Origin: Gammaproteobacteria bacterium
GTDB taxonomy: Bacteria > Pseudomonadota > Gammaproteobacteria > DRLM01
Assembly: GCA_011375345.1 (NCBI GenBank)
Contig: DRLM01000077.1
Span: 1-63,988 of the forward strand
DNA length: 63,988 nt
Direction of reading: 5' to 3'
Of the stretch, positions 1 to 9,998 are shown in pieces. Each line of letters starts with the position of its first letter. Position 1 is the first letter of the stretch. The notes below the pieces were generated by a model. It did no database searches. It saw nothing but the letters and a program-made list of their open reading frames with translations, and was not told the origin of the DNA. A program made the translations under genes and the position numbers.

Positions 1-725
1 GAAAGAGCGACGCCTGGACCGCGCCTGGCGTCGGCGCGCTGGCAGATACCGAAGACAATGTGCTGGGCCTGGCCTTGAGCTACGACTCCACCCACTTCCC
101 ACCCCTGGCCATCAGCCGCGCCGAGGGGCGCAATATCACCCTGGTAGCGGAAGACAGCGAGGTGCTGGGGGGGGATTACACTGGCGCCGTCTATACTCTG
201 GACTGGCGCGAATTTGTTCCCCTGGGTCAGCGCCACACCCTGGCACTGCGGGGCGTGGCCGGCTGGGGCACGGCGGCGCCCCGGCCCTTTCGCCTGGGCG
301 GCAGCGACAGCGCCCGGGGCACCGCCGTGGTGCCCAACGCCGCGGCTGCGGCCCTGCAGCCGTCACCGTTCAATCAGAGGACCTATGCCCTGCGGGGTTA
401 TCCCGAGGGCCTACCCCGGCTCAGCGGCCGCCGCCTGGCCCTGGCAAGCGGGGAGTGGCGCTTTCCGCTCAGCCTGATCGAACGGGGAATCATGGCACCC
501 CCCATGGGCCTGGAGCAACTGTCCGGCAAGCTGTTCGTGGACAGCGGCGCCACCTGGGATGGAGACGGCGGCCCCGAGGGCTGGGCCACCGGCGCCGGGG
601 TGGAGCTGGTGGCCGATGCCAATGTGTTCTATCTGCTCAATTTCCGGCTGCGCCTGGGCTACGCCCACGGCTTCGACTCCGGGGGCGGCAACCACCTCTA
701 CCTGCGCCTGGGGGCCTCTTTTTAG
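1..725 (+). CDS. Outer-membrane beta-barrel protein, C-terminal part (5' end lies upstream of the window)
   Basis: The frame of ORF 60..725 stays open back to nt 3. It shows an alternating hydrophobic beta-strand pattern and ends ...NHLYLRLGASF, a C-terminal Phe typical of OM beta-barrels. It looks Omp85/surface-antigen-like by eye. Confidence 0.55.
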   Translation, partial: KSDAWTAPGVGALADTEDNVLGLALSYDSTHFPPLAISRAEGRNITLVAEDSEVLGGDYTGAVYTLDWREFVPLGQRHTLALRGVAGWGTAAPRPFRLGGSDSARGTAVVPNAAAAALQPSPFNQRTYALRGYPEGLPRLSGRRLALASGEWRFPLSLIERGIMAPPMGLEQLSGKLFVDSGATWDGDGGPEGWATGAGVELVADANVFYLLNFRLRLGYAHGFDSGGGNHLYLRLGASF

Positions 726-781
726 TTATTGACTCGGCCATCAAACAACCCGCCCTGAGCTGTTTGATGGTCACCCGCCAA
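726..781 (+). repeat. Structured intergenic repeat, copy 1 (partial, left-end type)
   Basis: Shares the core TT(A/G)TT(G/A)AC(T/C)CGGC(C/A)ATCAAACA...CTGTTTGAT(G/T)G with copies at 15651 and 59096. Has a 10-bp stem CCATCAAACA (738-747) / TGTTTGATGG (761-770). Confidence 0.6.
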
Positions 782-789
782 GTGCGTTG

Positions 790-1075
790 CCACCTTCATT
801 TTCGCCATCTCCCGGCAGACGATGTCCCAGATAAACCCCATCAGCTCACGGGCGAGGCCACGCATACCAGCCTGGTGTTCCAGCCGGCCCGGGTGAGCTT
901 GCGGCAGCGTCCGCACTGGTGTTTGATCTTCCCCAGTACCCGGGCTCATCCCGCCCAAACCCGGCCACCGCCACGGCGATCGTCGCCTGGGGCACGCCCG
1001 GCCCCACATGCGCGGCGTACCGCTGTCCCGGGTCCGACGGCCGGACCAAGCCCACGGCCGCTACTGTCTCTATCC
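790..1075 (-). pseudogene. Possible decayed 3' fragment of an IS110-family transposase gene
   Basis: Minus-strand translation gives transposase-like pieces in three different frames: GLVRPSD.GQR (ORF 846..1055), RCRKLTRAG (~883-909) and MRGLARELMGFIWDIV (ORF 722..1009). These resemble the C-terminal ...ARELxGFxWAI region of IS110-type transposases as I remember it. There is no intact ORF and no N-terminal catalytic half. Confidence 0.3.
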
Positions 1076-1170
1076 GTACCTCTTTTACGTTAAACTCTGC
1101 CGTGACCTGTCCTCCTCAATGTGACTCTGTGTCGGGACTGATTTCCCGTCCCCAACATAAGCCACGCACG

Positions 1171-1199
1171 TTGAAGTTGGGCAGGCCAGAACATAGTGT
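1171..1199 (+). promoter_or_regulatory. Candidate promoter for hslVU
   Basis: TTGAAG (1171-1176), 17-nt spacer, TAGTGT (1194-1199), about 35 nt upstream of the hslV start. Sequence match only. A heat-shock (sigma-32) type promoter would be expected here but the -10 region is a poor match. Confidence 0.2.
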
Positions 1200-1233
1200 C
1201 TAAAATAACGCTCTTTTGAGCGGATGCAGGCCA

Positions 1234-1782
1234 GTGGAACAATTTCGAGGCACAACAATTTTATCGGTACGCCGTGGCCGCCACGTGGTGGTGGGCGGTG
1301 ACGGTCAGGTGTCGCTGGGGTCCACGGTGATGAAGGGCAATGCCCGCAAGGTGCGCCGGCTGTACAACGAGCGGGTGCTGGCGGGCTTCGCCGGGGGCAC
1401 GGCGGACGCCTTTACCCTGTTCGAGCGCTTCGAGGGCAAGCTGGAGAAGCACTCCGGCAATCTGGTGCGCTCCGCCGTGGAGCTGGCCAAGGACTGGCGC
1501 ACGGACCGCATGCTGCGGCGCCTGGAAGCCATGCTGGTGGTGGCCGACAGCGAGACCTCGCTGATGATTTCCGGCAACGGCGATGTGGTGGAACCCGAGC
1601 ACGAGTTGATGGCCATCGGCTCCGGCGGGGCCTACGCCCAGGCAGCCGCCAGGGCCTTGATGATGAATACCGAGCTGGATGCACGCTCCATTGTGGAACA
1701 AGCCTTGGGGATCGCCGCGGATATTTGCGTCTACACCAACCACAATCTGACCATTGAGGAACTGGGAACGGCGGCGGAATAA
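1234..1782 (+). CDS. hslV: ATP-dependent protease subunit HslV
   Basis: [73 protein letters not shown] is near-identical in pattern to HslV/ClpQ, with the catalytic Thr in TTIL. The track ORF starts at TTG 1216, but GTG 1234 gives the canonical MEQF.GTTI N-terminus. Confidence 0.95.
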   Translation: MEQFRGTTILSVRRGRHVVVGGDGQVSLGSTVMKGNARKVRRLYNERVLAGFAGGTADAFTLFERFEGKLEKHSGNLVRSAVELAKDWRTDRMLRRLEAMLVVADSETSLMISGNGDVVEPEHELMAIGSGGAYAQAAARALMMNTELDARSIVEQALGIAADICVYTNHNLTIEELGTAAE

Positions 1783-1899
1783 TCCTGTTCCCGGATTCCG
1801 CCGCGCCGCATCCGGGCGACATTGAAATAAAGTCGCCTTCTCCCATTCTTTGAGGAGCGGGGGACTGTTTGTTTGCGGCTTACGAGGAATGCTTTGTCT

Positions 1900-3225
1900 A
1901 TGTCCATGACACCCCGAGAAATCGTCCAGGAGCTGGACAAACACATCGTCGGCCAGGCGGCCGCCAAGCGGGCGGTGGCCATTGCCCTGCGCAACCGCTG
2001 GCGCCGTGCCCAGCTGGATGAGGCCCTGCGGGCCGAGGTCACGCCGAAGAACATTCTGATGATCGGCCCCACCGGGGTGGGCAAGACGGAAATCGCCCGC
2101 CGCCTGGCCAAGCTGGCCAATGCGCCTTTCATCAAGGTGGAAGCCACCAAATTCACCGAGGTGGGCTATGTGGGCCGGGATGTGGAAGCCATCATCCGCG
2201 ACCTGGTGGAAATCTCCATCAAGCTCACCCGCGAGCAGGAAATGAAAAAAGTCCGCCACCGGGCGGAGGACGCAGCCGAAGAACGGGTGCTGGACGCCCT
2301 GCTGCCTCCCGCACGGGGGGGCACCAATATCCAGCAGCCGGCGGAGGCCTCGGGCACGCGGCAGGTATTCCGCAAGAAGCTGCGCCAGGGCGAGCTGGAC
2401 GACAAGGAAATCGAGGTGGAAGTGAGCGCCGCGCCGGTGGGGGTGGAAATCATGACACCGCCCGGTATGGAGGAAATGACCAGCCAGCTGCAGGGCATGT
2501 TCCAGAACCTCTCCGGCGGGCGCACCAAGCGCAAGCGCATGCGGGTGGGGGAAGCGATCAAGCTGCTCACCGACGACGAGGCGGCCAAGCTGGTCAATGA
2601 GGAAGACATCAAAGCCCGCGCCCTGGAAAACGTGGAACAAAACGGCATCGTCTTCCTCGATGAAATCGACAAAATCACCCGCCGCTCCGATGCCGGCGGC
2701 CCGGACGTGTCGCGCGAAGGGGTGCAGCGGGATTTGCTGCCGCTGGTGGAAGGCTCCACCGTATCCACCAAGCACGGCATGGTGAAAACCGATCACATCT
2801 TGTTCATCGCCTCCGGCGCCTTTCATTTGTCCCGGCCCTCGGATCTGGTGCCGGAGCTGCAGGGGCGTTTGCCCATCCGGGTGGAGCTGAACGCGCTGAC
2901 CGTGGACGACTTCGTGCGCATACTCACCGAACCTGATGCCTCACTCACCGAGCAATACACGGCGCTGCTGGGCACAGAGGGGATGAACGTGACCTTCACC
3001 GAAGACGGTTTGAAACGCATCGCCGAGATCGCCTGGTCGGTCAATGAACGCACGGAAAACATCGGCGCGCGGCGCTTGCATACCGTCATGGAACGCTTGC
3101 TGGAAGAAGTGTCCTTTGACGCCGCCGACCGCTCCGGTGAAACCTTGTCCATCGACGCCGCCTTCGTCGATCAACAGCTCAAAGTCTTGGCGCAAGATGA
3201 AGACATGAGCCGGTATATTTTGTGA
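1900..3225 (+). CDS. hslU: ATP-dependent protease ATPase subunit HslU
   Basis: [35 protein letters not shown], Walker [16 protein letters not shown], and a C-terminal ...DEDMSRYIL, all typical of HslU. Start moved from TTG 1873 to ATG 1900, with GAGGA at 1884-1888. Confidence 0.97.
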   Translation: MSMTPREIVQELDKHIVGQAAAKRAVAIALRNRWRRAQLDEALRAEVTPKNILMIGPTGVGKTEIARRLAKLANAPFIKVEATKFTEVGYVGRDVEAIIRDLVEISIKLTREQEMKKVRHRAEDAAEERVLDALLPPARGGTNIQQPAEASGTRQVFRKKLRQGELDDKEIEVEVSAAPVGVEIMTPPGMEEMTSQLQGMFQNLSGGRTKRKRMRVGEAIKLLTDDEAAKLVNEEDIKARALENVEQNGIVFLDEIDKITRRSDAGGPDVSREGVQRDLLPLVEGSTVSTKHGMVKTDHILFIASGAFHLSRPSDLVPELQGRLPIRVELNALTVDDFVRILTEPDASLTEQYTALLGTEGMNVTFTEDGLKRIAEIAWSVNERTENIGARRLHTVMERLLEEVSFDAADRSGETLSIDAAFVDQQLKVLAQDEDMSRYIL

Positions 3226-3244
3226 CCGTGATCTATTCTTCTCT

Positions 3245-3348
3245 CCCCCTCTTAAGGGGGTGGGTGAGGGAAGGGGTGGAAAACCCAAGGCCGGCACAGC
3301 GTTCCATGTGCCCACCCCCATCCCAAGCTTCCCCCCAAAAGGGGGAAG
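3245..3348. other. G-tract / C-tract structured intergenic element
   Basis: Hairpin CCCCCT-CTTA-AGGGGG (3245-3260). G-run motif GGGGGTGGGTGAGGGAAGGGG (3256-3276). C-run motif CCCACCCCCATCCCAAGCTTCCCCCC (3311-3336). Hairpin CTTCCCCC-CAAAA-GGGGGAAG (3328-3348). Confidence 0.4.
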
Positions 3349-3371
3349 AACACAGACTGCGAAAACTATTG

Positions 3372-3740
3372 ATGAGCAACGCCACACCCACCGACATCCG
3401 CCTGCACCGCGCCTCGCGCGTGCTGGAAGTCGTCTTCGACGACGGCGCCCGGTTCAAGCTGCCGTGCGAATACTTGCGGGTGTACTCCCCCTCCGCCGAG
3501 GTGCAGGGTCACGGCCCCGGCCAGGAGGTGCTGCAGATCGGCAAAGAAGAGGTGAACATCACCGCTATCGAACCCATCGGCCAATACGCCGTGAAGCTGC
3601 ATTTCAGTGACGGCCACAACAGCGGCCTTTACACCTGGGCCTGGTTGTACAAACTTGGCGCCGGGTACGATGAGTTGTGGCCTGCGTATTTAAACCAACT
3701 GGCCGCCTCCGGTTATCAGCGCAAGGAACCCGGCACGTGA
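3372..3740 (+). CDS. DUF971 family protein (gamma-butyrobetaine hydroxylase-like N-terminal domain)
   Basis: [44 protein letters not shown]...[25 protein letters not shown] is the typical DUF971 pattern. The upstream part of track ORF 3222.. runs through the G/C-tract element and was dropped. Confidence 0.8.
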   Translation: MSNATPTDIRLHRASRVLEVVFDDGARFKLPCEYLRVYSPSAEVQGHGPGQEVLQIGKEEVNITAIEPIGQYAVKLHFSDGHNSGLYTWAWLYKLGAGYDELWPAYLNQLAASGYQRKEPGT

Positions 3741-4492
3741 GCGTGGAAGAAAAACCCCGCACCACCCACTTCGGCTACGAAGAAGTGCCGGTGGAAGAAA
3801 AAGCCCGCAAAGTGGGCGCCGTGTTTGATTCAGTCGCGGACCGCTACGATGTAATGAACGACTTGATGTCTTTGGGCATTCATCGCTGGTGGAAGCGGTT
3901 CACCATCGAGCTCAGCGGCGTGCACACCGGGCAACAGGTGTTGGACGTGGCCGCCGGCACCGGCGATCTCAGCGCCGAATTCGCCCGGCGCGTGGGAGAC
4001 AGCGGCCTGGTGGTGGCCACCGACATCAACGGCGCCATGCTGGGGCGAGGCCGCGAACGGCTGACCGACAAGGGCCTGGTGGGCAACATCGGCTACGTAC
4101 AGGCCAATGCCCAGTACCTGCCCTTCGCCGACGCCAGCTTCGATTGTGTCAGCATCGCCTTCGGCCTGCGCAACGTCACCGACATTCCCATGGCCCTCAG
4201 CAGCATGCACCGCGTGCTCAAACCGGGGGGCCGTTTGATCGTGCTCGAATTCTCCAAACCGGCGCTGCCGGGTCTGGGTCCGTTATACGACGCGTATTCC
4301 AAACTGCTGCCCGGCCTGGGCAAGGTGGTGACGGGAGATGCCGACAGCTACCGCTATCTGGTCGAATCCATCCGCATGCACCCGGATCAAAACACCCTCA
4401 AGGGCATGGTGGAGGCGGCTGGCTTTGGCCAGTGCGATTATTACAACCTGAGCGGCGGCGTAGTGGCCCTGCACCGGGGTTACAAATTGTGA
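3737..4492 (+). CDS. ubiE: Ubiquinone/menaquinone biosynthesis C-methyltransferase UbiE
   Basis: [48 protein letters not shown] motif [11 protein letters not shown], and C-terminal [10 protein letters not shown]. The GTG start overlaps the DUF971 stop (GTGA). The resulting 251 aa is the expected UbiE length. Confidence 0.95.
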   Translation: MSVEEKPRTTHFGYEEVPVEEKARKVGAVFDSVADRYDVMNDLMSLGIHRWWKRFTIELSGVHTGQQVLDVAAGTGDLSAEFARRVGDSGLVVATDINGAMLGRGRERLTDKGLVGNIGYVQANAQYLPFADASFDCVSIAFGLRNVTDIPMALSSMHRVLKPGGRLIVLEFSKPALPGLGPLYDAYSKLLPGLGKVVTGDADSYRYLVESIRMHPDQNTLKGMVEAAGFGQCDYYNLSGGVVALHRGYKL

Positions 4493-5127
4493 GCGAGGCG
4501 CTCAAGCTTCCCACACTGGCCCTGGCCGGCATCGAAGCGGCGCTGAACCGCTGTCTGCTGCTGGACCCGTCTGTGGCACCCCGCCTGGCCGCTGTGGCGG
4601 GCAAAGTCATCGCCGTGGAACTGCGCGGCCTCAATCTCGTGTTCTATCTCGCACCCGGTCCCGGCGGCATCCAATTGCTGTCGGACTTTGAGGGCGCGCC
4701 GCACGCCACACTACGCGGCACCCCCCTGTCCATGGCGCGATTGGGTTTGGGCGGCGGGCAACGCGGTCCGCTGCTTGCGGGTGATGTGGAAATTCTCGGC
4801 GATCTTGAACTCGGCCAGACCATGGAAGACGTCCTCAGGGAGGTGAACATCGACTGGGAGGAACAACTCTCCCGCATCGTGGGCGATGTGACGGCCCATC
4901 AAGTGGGCAATTTCGTTCGCGGCGTGCTCTCTTGGGGAAAGCAGGCGGCAGACAGCCTGGGACAGGACGTGGCGGAGTACCTGCAGGAAGAAACCCGCGC
5001 CCTGCCGGAGCGGCGGGAAGTGGAGGAATTCCTCGCCTTGGTGGACCGGCTGCGGGCGGATAGTGATCGCCTGGCGGCGCGGGTGCAGCGTTTGCGTAAC
5101 ACTCTGGCTGCGCGCGCGCAGAACTGA
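4489..5127 (+). CDS. ubiJ: Ubiquinone biosynthesis accessory factor UbiJ (SCP2-domain protein)
   Basis: Sits between ubiE and ubiB. SCP2-like pattern LNRCLLLDP....[20 protein letters not shown]......I.LL, then ...[13 protein letters not shown]... and a C-terminal coiled region. GTG start overlaps the ubiE stop (GTGA). Confidence 0.75.
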   Translation: MSEALKLPTLALAGIEAALNRCLLLDPSVAPRLAAVAGKVIAVELRGLNLVFYLAPGPGGIQLLSDFEGAPHATLRGTPLSMARLGLGGGQRGPLLAGDVEILGDLELGQTMEDVLREVNIDWEEQLSRIVGDVTAHQVGNFVRGVLSWGKQAADSLGQDVAEYLQEETRALPERREVEEFLALVDRLRADSDRLAARVQRLRNTLAARAQN

Positions 5128-5279
5128 GCGCGGCGGGAAATCCGTTGGTAGGGACGGTGCCGACTGTCAACCCCCCTTTTCAAGGAGGGGAATCAAGACG
5201 GCGTGATGCACCTTGTGCGAGTAACACTTTTGTCGCCGGTTAAAGCGCCGGTGAGCGGTCCAACAAGGAGAACAAGCCG

Positions 5280-6944
5280 TTGATTTTCGTCCGCCCCCGC
5301 CAGTTCTGGCGTCTGTTGCACATCAACCGCGTGCTGGTGCGCCACCGCCTGGACGAAATCGTGCTCGCCGCCCACTTGTTTCGCCCCGTCCGTTTTCTGC
5401 TGGTGCTCCTGCCGTGGAACTGGCTGCGCCGGCCCGAGGGCGGGCGGGGCGTACGCATCCGCCGCGCGCTGGAGGATTTGGGACCGATCTTTGTCAAATT
5501 CGGCCAGATGCTGTCCACCCGGCCCGACTTGCTGCCCGAGGACATCGCACTCGAACTGGCCCGCCTGCAAGACCAAGTACCGCCCTTTCCGGGCCGGGAC
5601 GCCCGCGCCATCGTGGAAAAAGCGCTGGGCGAATCCACCGACCGCGTGTTTGCGGCGTTCGATGAAACGCCGCTGGCCTCCGCCTCCATCGCCCAAGTGC
5701 ACGCGGCGCGTTTGCACGATGGCCGCGACGTGGTGGTCAAAGTGGTGCGGCCCGGCATCCGCGCCACCATCGAGCGCGATTTGAGCCTGCTTTACATCGT
5801 CGCCGAACTGGCCCAGCGCTACTGGCCCGAGGGACGCCGCCTGCGGCCCGTGGAAGTGGTGAACGAATACGAAAAAACGATCCTCGACGAGCTGGACCTG
5901 CTGCGCGAAGCGGCCAACGCCTCGCAGCTCCGCCGCAATTTTCTGAACTCCCCCCTGCTCTACGTGCCCGAGGTGCACTGGCCCCTGAGCCGCCGCGAGG
6001 TGATGGTGATGGAGCGCATCAGCGGCATTCCCATCGGCGACATCCAGACCCTGCGAAAACAAAACGTGGACCTCAAGCTGCTGGCCGACCGGGGCGTGGA
6101 AATCTTTTTCACCCAGGTGTTCGTGCACCGTTTTTTCCATGCCGACATGCACCCCGGCAATATTTTCGCCTCCCCGCAAGGCCAGTACATCGCCGTGGAC
6201 TTCGGCATCATGGGCACCCTGCATCCCATGGATCAGCGGTATCTGGCGGAAAATTTCGTTGCGTTCTTCAACCGCGATTACCGCCGCGTGGCCGAGCTGC
6301 ATGTGCAATCGGGCTGGGTGCCGCCCAGCACCCGGGTGGACGAATTCGAGTCCGCCATCCGCACCGTGTGCGAGCCTATTTTCGAGCGGCCGCTGAAGGA
6401 AATCTCCTTCGGCCAGTTGCTGCTGCGCCTGTTTCAGACCGCCCGCCGCTTCAATATGGAGGTGCAGCCGCAACTGGTGCTGCTGCAAAAAACCCTGCTC
6501 AACATCGAGGGCCTGGGACGCGAGCTTTATCCCGAACTGGATTTGTGGAAAACCGCCAAGCCTTTTCTCGAACGCTGGATGAACGAGCAGCTGGGACCCA
6601 GAGCCTTCGCCCGCGGCGTCAAAGAAAACGCCCCGCGCTGGGCGGAACATCTGCCGGAAATCCCCACCCTGGCCTATGAGGTGCTCAAACGGGCCGATGC
6701 CGGCCAGCTGCAGGTCGTCAGCCGCAGTCCGGAACTGGAGTCCCTGCGGCGCACCGTGCGCCAGGGCCATCAACGCCTGTTCCTGGCCATCGTGGGCAGC
6801 AGCCTCATCGTGGGCGCCGCCCTCCTCACCGGTCTGGACGGCTTCGCCCCGCGCATGCTGGGCCCGGCGCCGCTGGCGGCCTGGGCCCTGGGGGGCTGCG
6901 GGCTGTTGTTGCTGATGCTGGCCTGGCCGCGGCGCATCGATTAA
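5280..6944 (+). CDS. ubiB: Ubiquinone biosynthesis regulatory protein kinase UbiB
   Basis: RIRRALEDLGPIFVKFGQMLSTRPDLLPEDIALELARLQDQVPPF, ASASIAQVHAARL, FHADMHPGNIF, and a C-terminal TM pair. TTG start with AAGGAG 7 nt upstream. Confidence 0.95.
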   Translation: MIFVRPRQFWRLLHINRVLVRHRLDEIVLAAHLFRPVRFLLVLLPWNWLRRPEGGRGVRIRRALEDLGPIFVKFGQMLSTRPDLLPEDIALELARLQDQVPPFPGRDARAIVEKALGESTDRVFAAFDETPLASASIAQVHAARLHDGRDVVVKVVRPGIRATIERDLSLLYIVAELAQRYWPEGRRLRPVEVVNEYEKTILDELDLLREAANASQLRRNFLNSPLLYVPEVHWPLSRREVMVMERISGIPIGDIQTLRKQNVDLKLLADRGVEIFFTQVFVHRFFHADMHPGNIFASPQGQYIAVDFGIMGTLHPMDQRYLAENFVAFFNRDYRRVAELHVQSGWVPPSTRVDEFESAIRTVCEPIFERPLKEISFGQLLLRLFQTARRFNMEVQPQLVLLQKTLLNIEGLGRELYPELDLWKTAKPFLERWMNEQLGPRAFARGVKENAPRWAEHLPEIPTLAYEVLKRADAGQLQVVSRSPELESLRRTVRQGHQRLFLAIVGSSLIVGAALLTGLDGFAPRMLGPAPLAAWALGGCGLLLLMLAWPRRID

Positions 6945-6983
6945 ACAATAACCCGGCGCGTCGGGCCGGGCAAAGGAGAGGCC

Positions 6984-8291
6984 ATGAACAAGGCAGGCCA
7001 CATCGTCGCCTGGGCCACCCTGACGTTGCTGTTGGCGCCGGGCCTGCCCGGCTGTGGCAAATCCGACGAACCGCCACCGGCCAAGGGGCCCGCCCCGGCG
7101 GCCCTCACCGTCTGGGCCCACGCCGGCCAGGAGACAGAACGCGCCACCCTGCAGGCCCAGGTGGCGCGTTTCCAGGAGGCACGGCCGGATCTGGCGCTGC
7201 GTCTCAGCTTCCTGCCCGAGCGCACCTACAACGCCCAGATTCAGGCCGCGGCCCTGGCGGGGGAACTGCCCGACGTGCTGGAGCTGGACGGGCCCTACGT
7301 GGCCAACTACGCCTGGCAGGGTCACATCGCCCCCCTGGACGGGCTGTTGCCCGCGACGCTGGTGGCGGACCTGCTGCCCAGCCTCCAGGCCCAGGGGCGC
7401 TACGCCGGACGGCTCTACGCAGTGGGGGTGTTCGATTCCGGACTCGGCCTCTACGGCCGCCGCAGCGCCCTGGAAGAAGCGGGGCTGCGCCTGCCCGCCG
7501 GGGCGGAGGAGGCTTGGTCAGCGGCCGAATTCGACGCCGTTCTCGCGGCCCTGGCGGCGCGGGATACCGACGGTGCGGTGCTGGATCTCAAACTCAATTA
7601 CGGCGGCGAGTGGTACACCTACGCCTTCTCACCGCTGCTGGTCTCCGCCGGGGCCGATCTCATCGACCGCCGCGATTACCGCCACGCCCGCGGGGTACTG
7701 GACAGCCCGGCGGCGGTGGCGACGCTGCGCCGCGTGCAGGGCTGGCTCAACGGGGCTTACGTGGATCCCAACGTGGACGACGCTGCCTTCACCAGCGGCC
7801 GGGTGGCCCTGTCCTGGGCGGGACACTGGGAATACCGCCGCTACCGGGAGGCGGCGGGGGCGGATCTGGTGGTACTGCCGCTGCCTGATTTCGGCCACGG
7901 CAGCCGCACCGGCCAGGGTTCCTGGGCCTGGGCCGTGCGCCGGGACAGCGCCCGGGCCCGGGAGGCCGCAGCCTTTTTGCAGTTCCTGCTGCGGCCGGAA
8001 GAAGTGCTGGCCATGACCGCGGCCAACAGCGCCGTGCCCGGCACCCGCACCGCCCTGAGCCGCTCGCCGCGGTATGGCGAGGGCGGACCGCTGCGCCTGT
8101 TCGCCCGCCAGTTGCTGGCAGGTCAGGCCGTGCCGCGCCCGCCCACCCCGGCCTATCCGGCCATTACCAGCGCCTTTCAGCAGGCTTTTGTGGACATCCG
8201 CAACGGCGCCGACGCGGCTGCCGCCCTCGGCCGGGCGGCAGCCCTGATTGACCGCGACATCGCCGACAACCGGGGCTATCCGCCGCCATGA
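6984..8291 (+). CDS. ABC transporter substrate-binding lipoprotein (family-1 / CUT1 sugar type)
   Basis: Lipoprotein signal LLLAPGLPGC. Size and pattern fit extracellular solute-binding family 1. It is first in a four-gene ABC operon. Confidence 0.85.
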   Translation: MNKAGHIVAWATLTLLLAPGLPGCGKSDEPPPAKGPAPAALTVWAHAGQETERATLQAQVARFQEARPDLALRLSFLPERTYNAQIQAAALAGELPDVLELDGPYVANYAWQGHIAPLDGLLPATLVADLLPSLQAQGRYAGRLYAVGVFDSGLGLYGRRSALEEAGLRLPAGAEEAWSAAEFDAVLAALAARDTDGAVLDLKLNYGGEWYTYAFSPLLVSAGADLIDRRDYRHARGVLDSPAAVATLRRVQGWLNGAYVDPNVDDAAFTSGRVALSWAGHWEYRRYREAAGADLVVLPLPDFGHGSRTGQGSWAWAVRRDSARAREAAAFLQFLLRPEEVLAMTAANSAVPGTRTALSRSPRYGEGGPLRLFARQLLAGQAVPRPPTPAYPAITSAFQQAFVDIRNGADAAAALGRAAALIDRDIADNRGYPPP

Positions 8292-9178
8292 GCCGCCGCC
8301 GCGAGGCCCTGGCCGCATATCTGCTCTGCGCCCCGGCCCTGGGGGGCCTGGCGGTGTTCGTGGCCGGGCCCTTCCTGCTGGCGGTGGGGCTGGCTTTCAC
8401 CAACGCCCGCCTGGGCTCACCGTTGCCCCTGGAATGGGTGGGCTGGACCCAGTTCCGCCGCCTGCTCGAAGACCCTGTCTTTGTCCGCGCCCTCACCAAC
8501 AACGCGCTGTTCGCGGCGGTGGTGGTGCCGCTGCAGACGGCCCTGGCCCTCGCGCTGGCCTTGCTGCTCAATCAGCCCTTGCGGGGGCGGGTGCTGTTTC
8601 GCACCCTGTTCTTTTTGCCGGTGGTGTTTCCCATGTCGCTGGTGGCGGTGGTGTGGATCCTGATCTACGCCCCCGGCCCCAATGGCATGTTGAACGCCTT
8701 TATGGGCGCCGTGACACTGGGGGCCTGGACACCGCGGGATTTTCTCCATGATCCCGACTGGGCCTTGCCCGCCATTATGCTGACCTCCATCTGGCAGGGG
8801 GTGGGCTTTCAGATGGTGATCGTGCTGGCAGGCTTGCAGGCCATCCCCGAGGAGCGCTACGAGGCGGCGGCCCTGGACGGAGCCGGGCGCCGGGCCCAGT
8901 TCCGGCACGTGACCCTGCCGGGGCTGCGCAACACCTTGATCTTCGTAATGCTGGTGACCACCATTTTGGCCTTCCGGCTGTTCGATCAGGTGCAGATCAT
9001 GACCCAGGGCGGGCCCCGGTACGCCACCACCACAGTGATGTACGAGGCGGTGCAGGCGGCCTTCTCCCGCCAGCAGGTGGCCCTGGGCGCCGCCATGAGC
9101 GTGGTGTTCTTCCTCATCGTGCTGGCCGTCACCGGGGTACAGCGCCACTTGGTGCGGCAGGAGCGGGCACTGGAATGA
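8288..9178 (+). CDS. Carbohydrate ABC transporter permease (MalF/UgpA-like)
   Basis: Six predicted TM segments. EAA-type loop EERYEAAALDGAGRRAQFRHVTLPGL. ATGA overlap with the upstream gene. Confidence 0.9.
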   Translation: MSRRREALAAYLLCAPALGGLAVFVAGPFLLAVGLAFTNARLGSPLPLEWVGWTQFRRLLEDPVFVRALTNNALFAAVVVPLQTALALALALLLNQPLRGRVLFRTLFFLPVVFPMSLVAVVWILIYAPGPNGMLNAFMGAVTLGAWTPRDFLHDPDWALPAIMLTSIWQGVGFQMVIVLAGLQAIPEERYEAAALDGAGRRAQFRHVTLPGLRNTLIFVMLVTTILAFRLFDQVQIMTQGGPRYATTTVMYEAVQAAFSRQQVALGAAMSVVFFLIVLAVTGVQRHLVRQERALE

Positions 9179-9993
9179 AGCGGCTGGCGTTTTATCTGCT
9201 GCTGGCGGCGGGGGCGGTGCTGTCCGTCGCCCCCATCGCCATGATGGTGGCCGGCAGTCTGAAACCCGATGAACGGGTGCTGGTGGAGGCGGGCAGCCTC
9301 AAGGCCTTTCTGCCCGCACCTCTCACCTTCGAAAATTACCTTGATGTATTCCGGCGGGTGGATTTTTTGCGCTATTTCTTCAACAGCGCCGTCATCAGCG
9401 GCAGCATCGTCGCTGCCGGGCTGGTGGTGAACGCCCTGGCCGGTTACGCCTTCGCCCGCCTCACCTGGCCCGGCCGCGACGCCTTGTTCGCCCTGGTGCT
9501 GGCCCTGTTGATCATCCCCTTCGAGGCCATCGCCGTGCCCTTGTTCTACCAAGTCACCCTGTGGGGCTGGCGCGACACCTACCTCGTGCAGATCCTGCCC
9601 TTCGTGGCCAACGCCTTCTCCGTCTATCTTTTCTACAGCTTCTTCCTGGACCTGCCCAAGGAGTTGGACGAGGCCGCCCGCCTGGACGGCGCCGGGCCCC
9701 TGGCCACCTTCTTCTTCGTCATTGCCCCCAACGCCAGACCGGTATTCGCCACCGTGGCGGTGCTCAGCTTCCTTATGCAATGGGGGGTGTTCCTGTGGCC
9801 CTTGCTGGTCACCAGCGGCGAGGCGGTACGCCCCTTGCCGTTGGGTATCGCCATGTTCTACACCCTGCCACCCCTGGCCTGGGGCGACATTCTGGCCTTC
9901 GGGGTGATGATGGTGAGCCCGGTGCTGGTGGTGTTCGTGCTGTTCCAGCGCTGGTTCGTGCGCGGCGTGGCGGCCACGGGCATCAAAGGCTGA
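9175..9993 (+). CDS. Carbohydrate ABC transporter permease (MalG/UgpE-like)
   Basis: TM-rich. EAA loop KELDEAARLDGAGPLATFFFVIAPNARP. ATGA overlap with the upstream permease. Confidence 0.9.
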   Translation: MKRLAFYLLLAAGAVLSVAPIAMMVAGSLKPDERVLVEAGSLKAFLPAPLTFENYLDVFRRVDFLRYFFNSAVISGSIVAAGLVVNALAGYAFARLTWPGRDALFALVLALLIIPFEAIAVPLFYQVTLWGWRDTYLVQILPFVANAFSVYLFYSFFLDLPKELDEAARLDGAGPLATFFFVIAPNARPVFATVAVLSFLMQWGVFLWPLLVTSGEAVRPLPLGIAMFYTLPPLAWGDILAFGVMMVSPVLVVFVLFQRWFVRGVAATGIKG

Positions 9994-9998
9994 AGGCG

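Noticed and set aside
1140-1215. Sigma-32 heat-shock promoter upstream of hslV.
   Set aside because: TTGAAG is present, but the downstream CCCCAT-type -10 element is not convincingly matched (only CCAGAACATAGT). It is reported only as a generic low-confidence promoter candidate.
1261-2826. 521-aa ORF on the minus strand spanning hslV-hslU.
   Set aside because: It is antisense to two genes with unmistakable HslV/HslU sequences. The product is rich in G, A, R, H and Q with no recognisable motifs, which is typical of a shadow ORF in high-GC DNA.
5193-7325. 710-aa minus-strand ORF across ubiB and the start of the ABC binding-protein gene.
   Set aside because: It is antisense to ubiB, which is clearly recognisable. 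The composition is low-complexity (G/R/A/Q/H). It is a shadow ORF.
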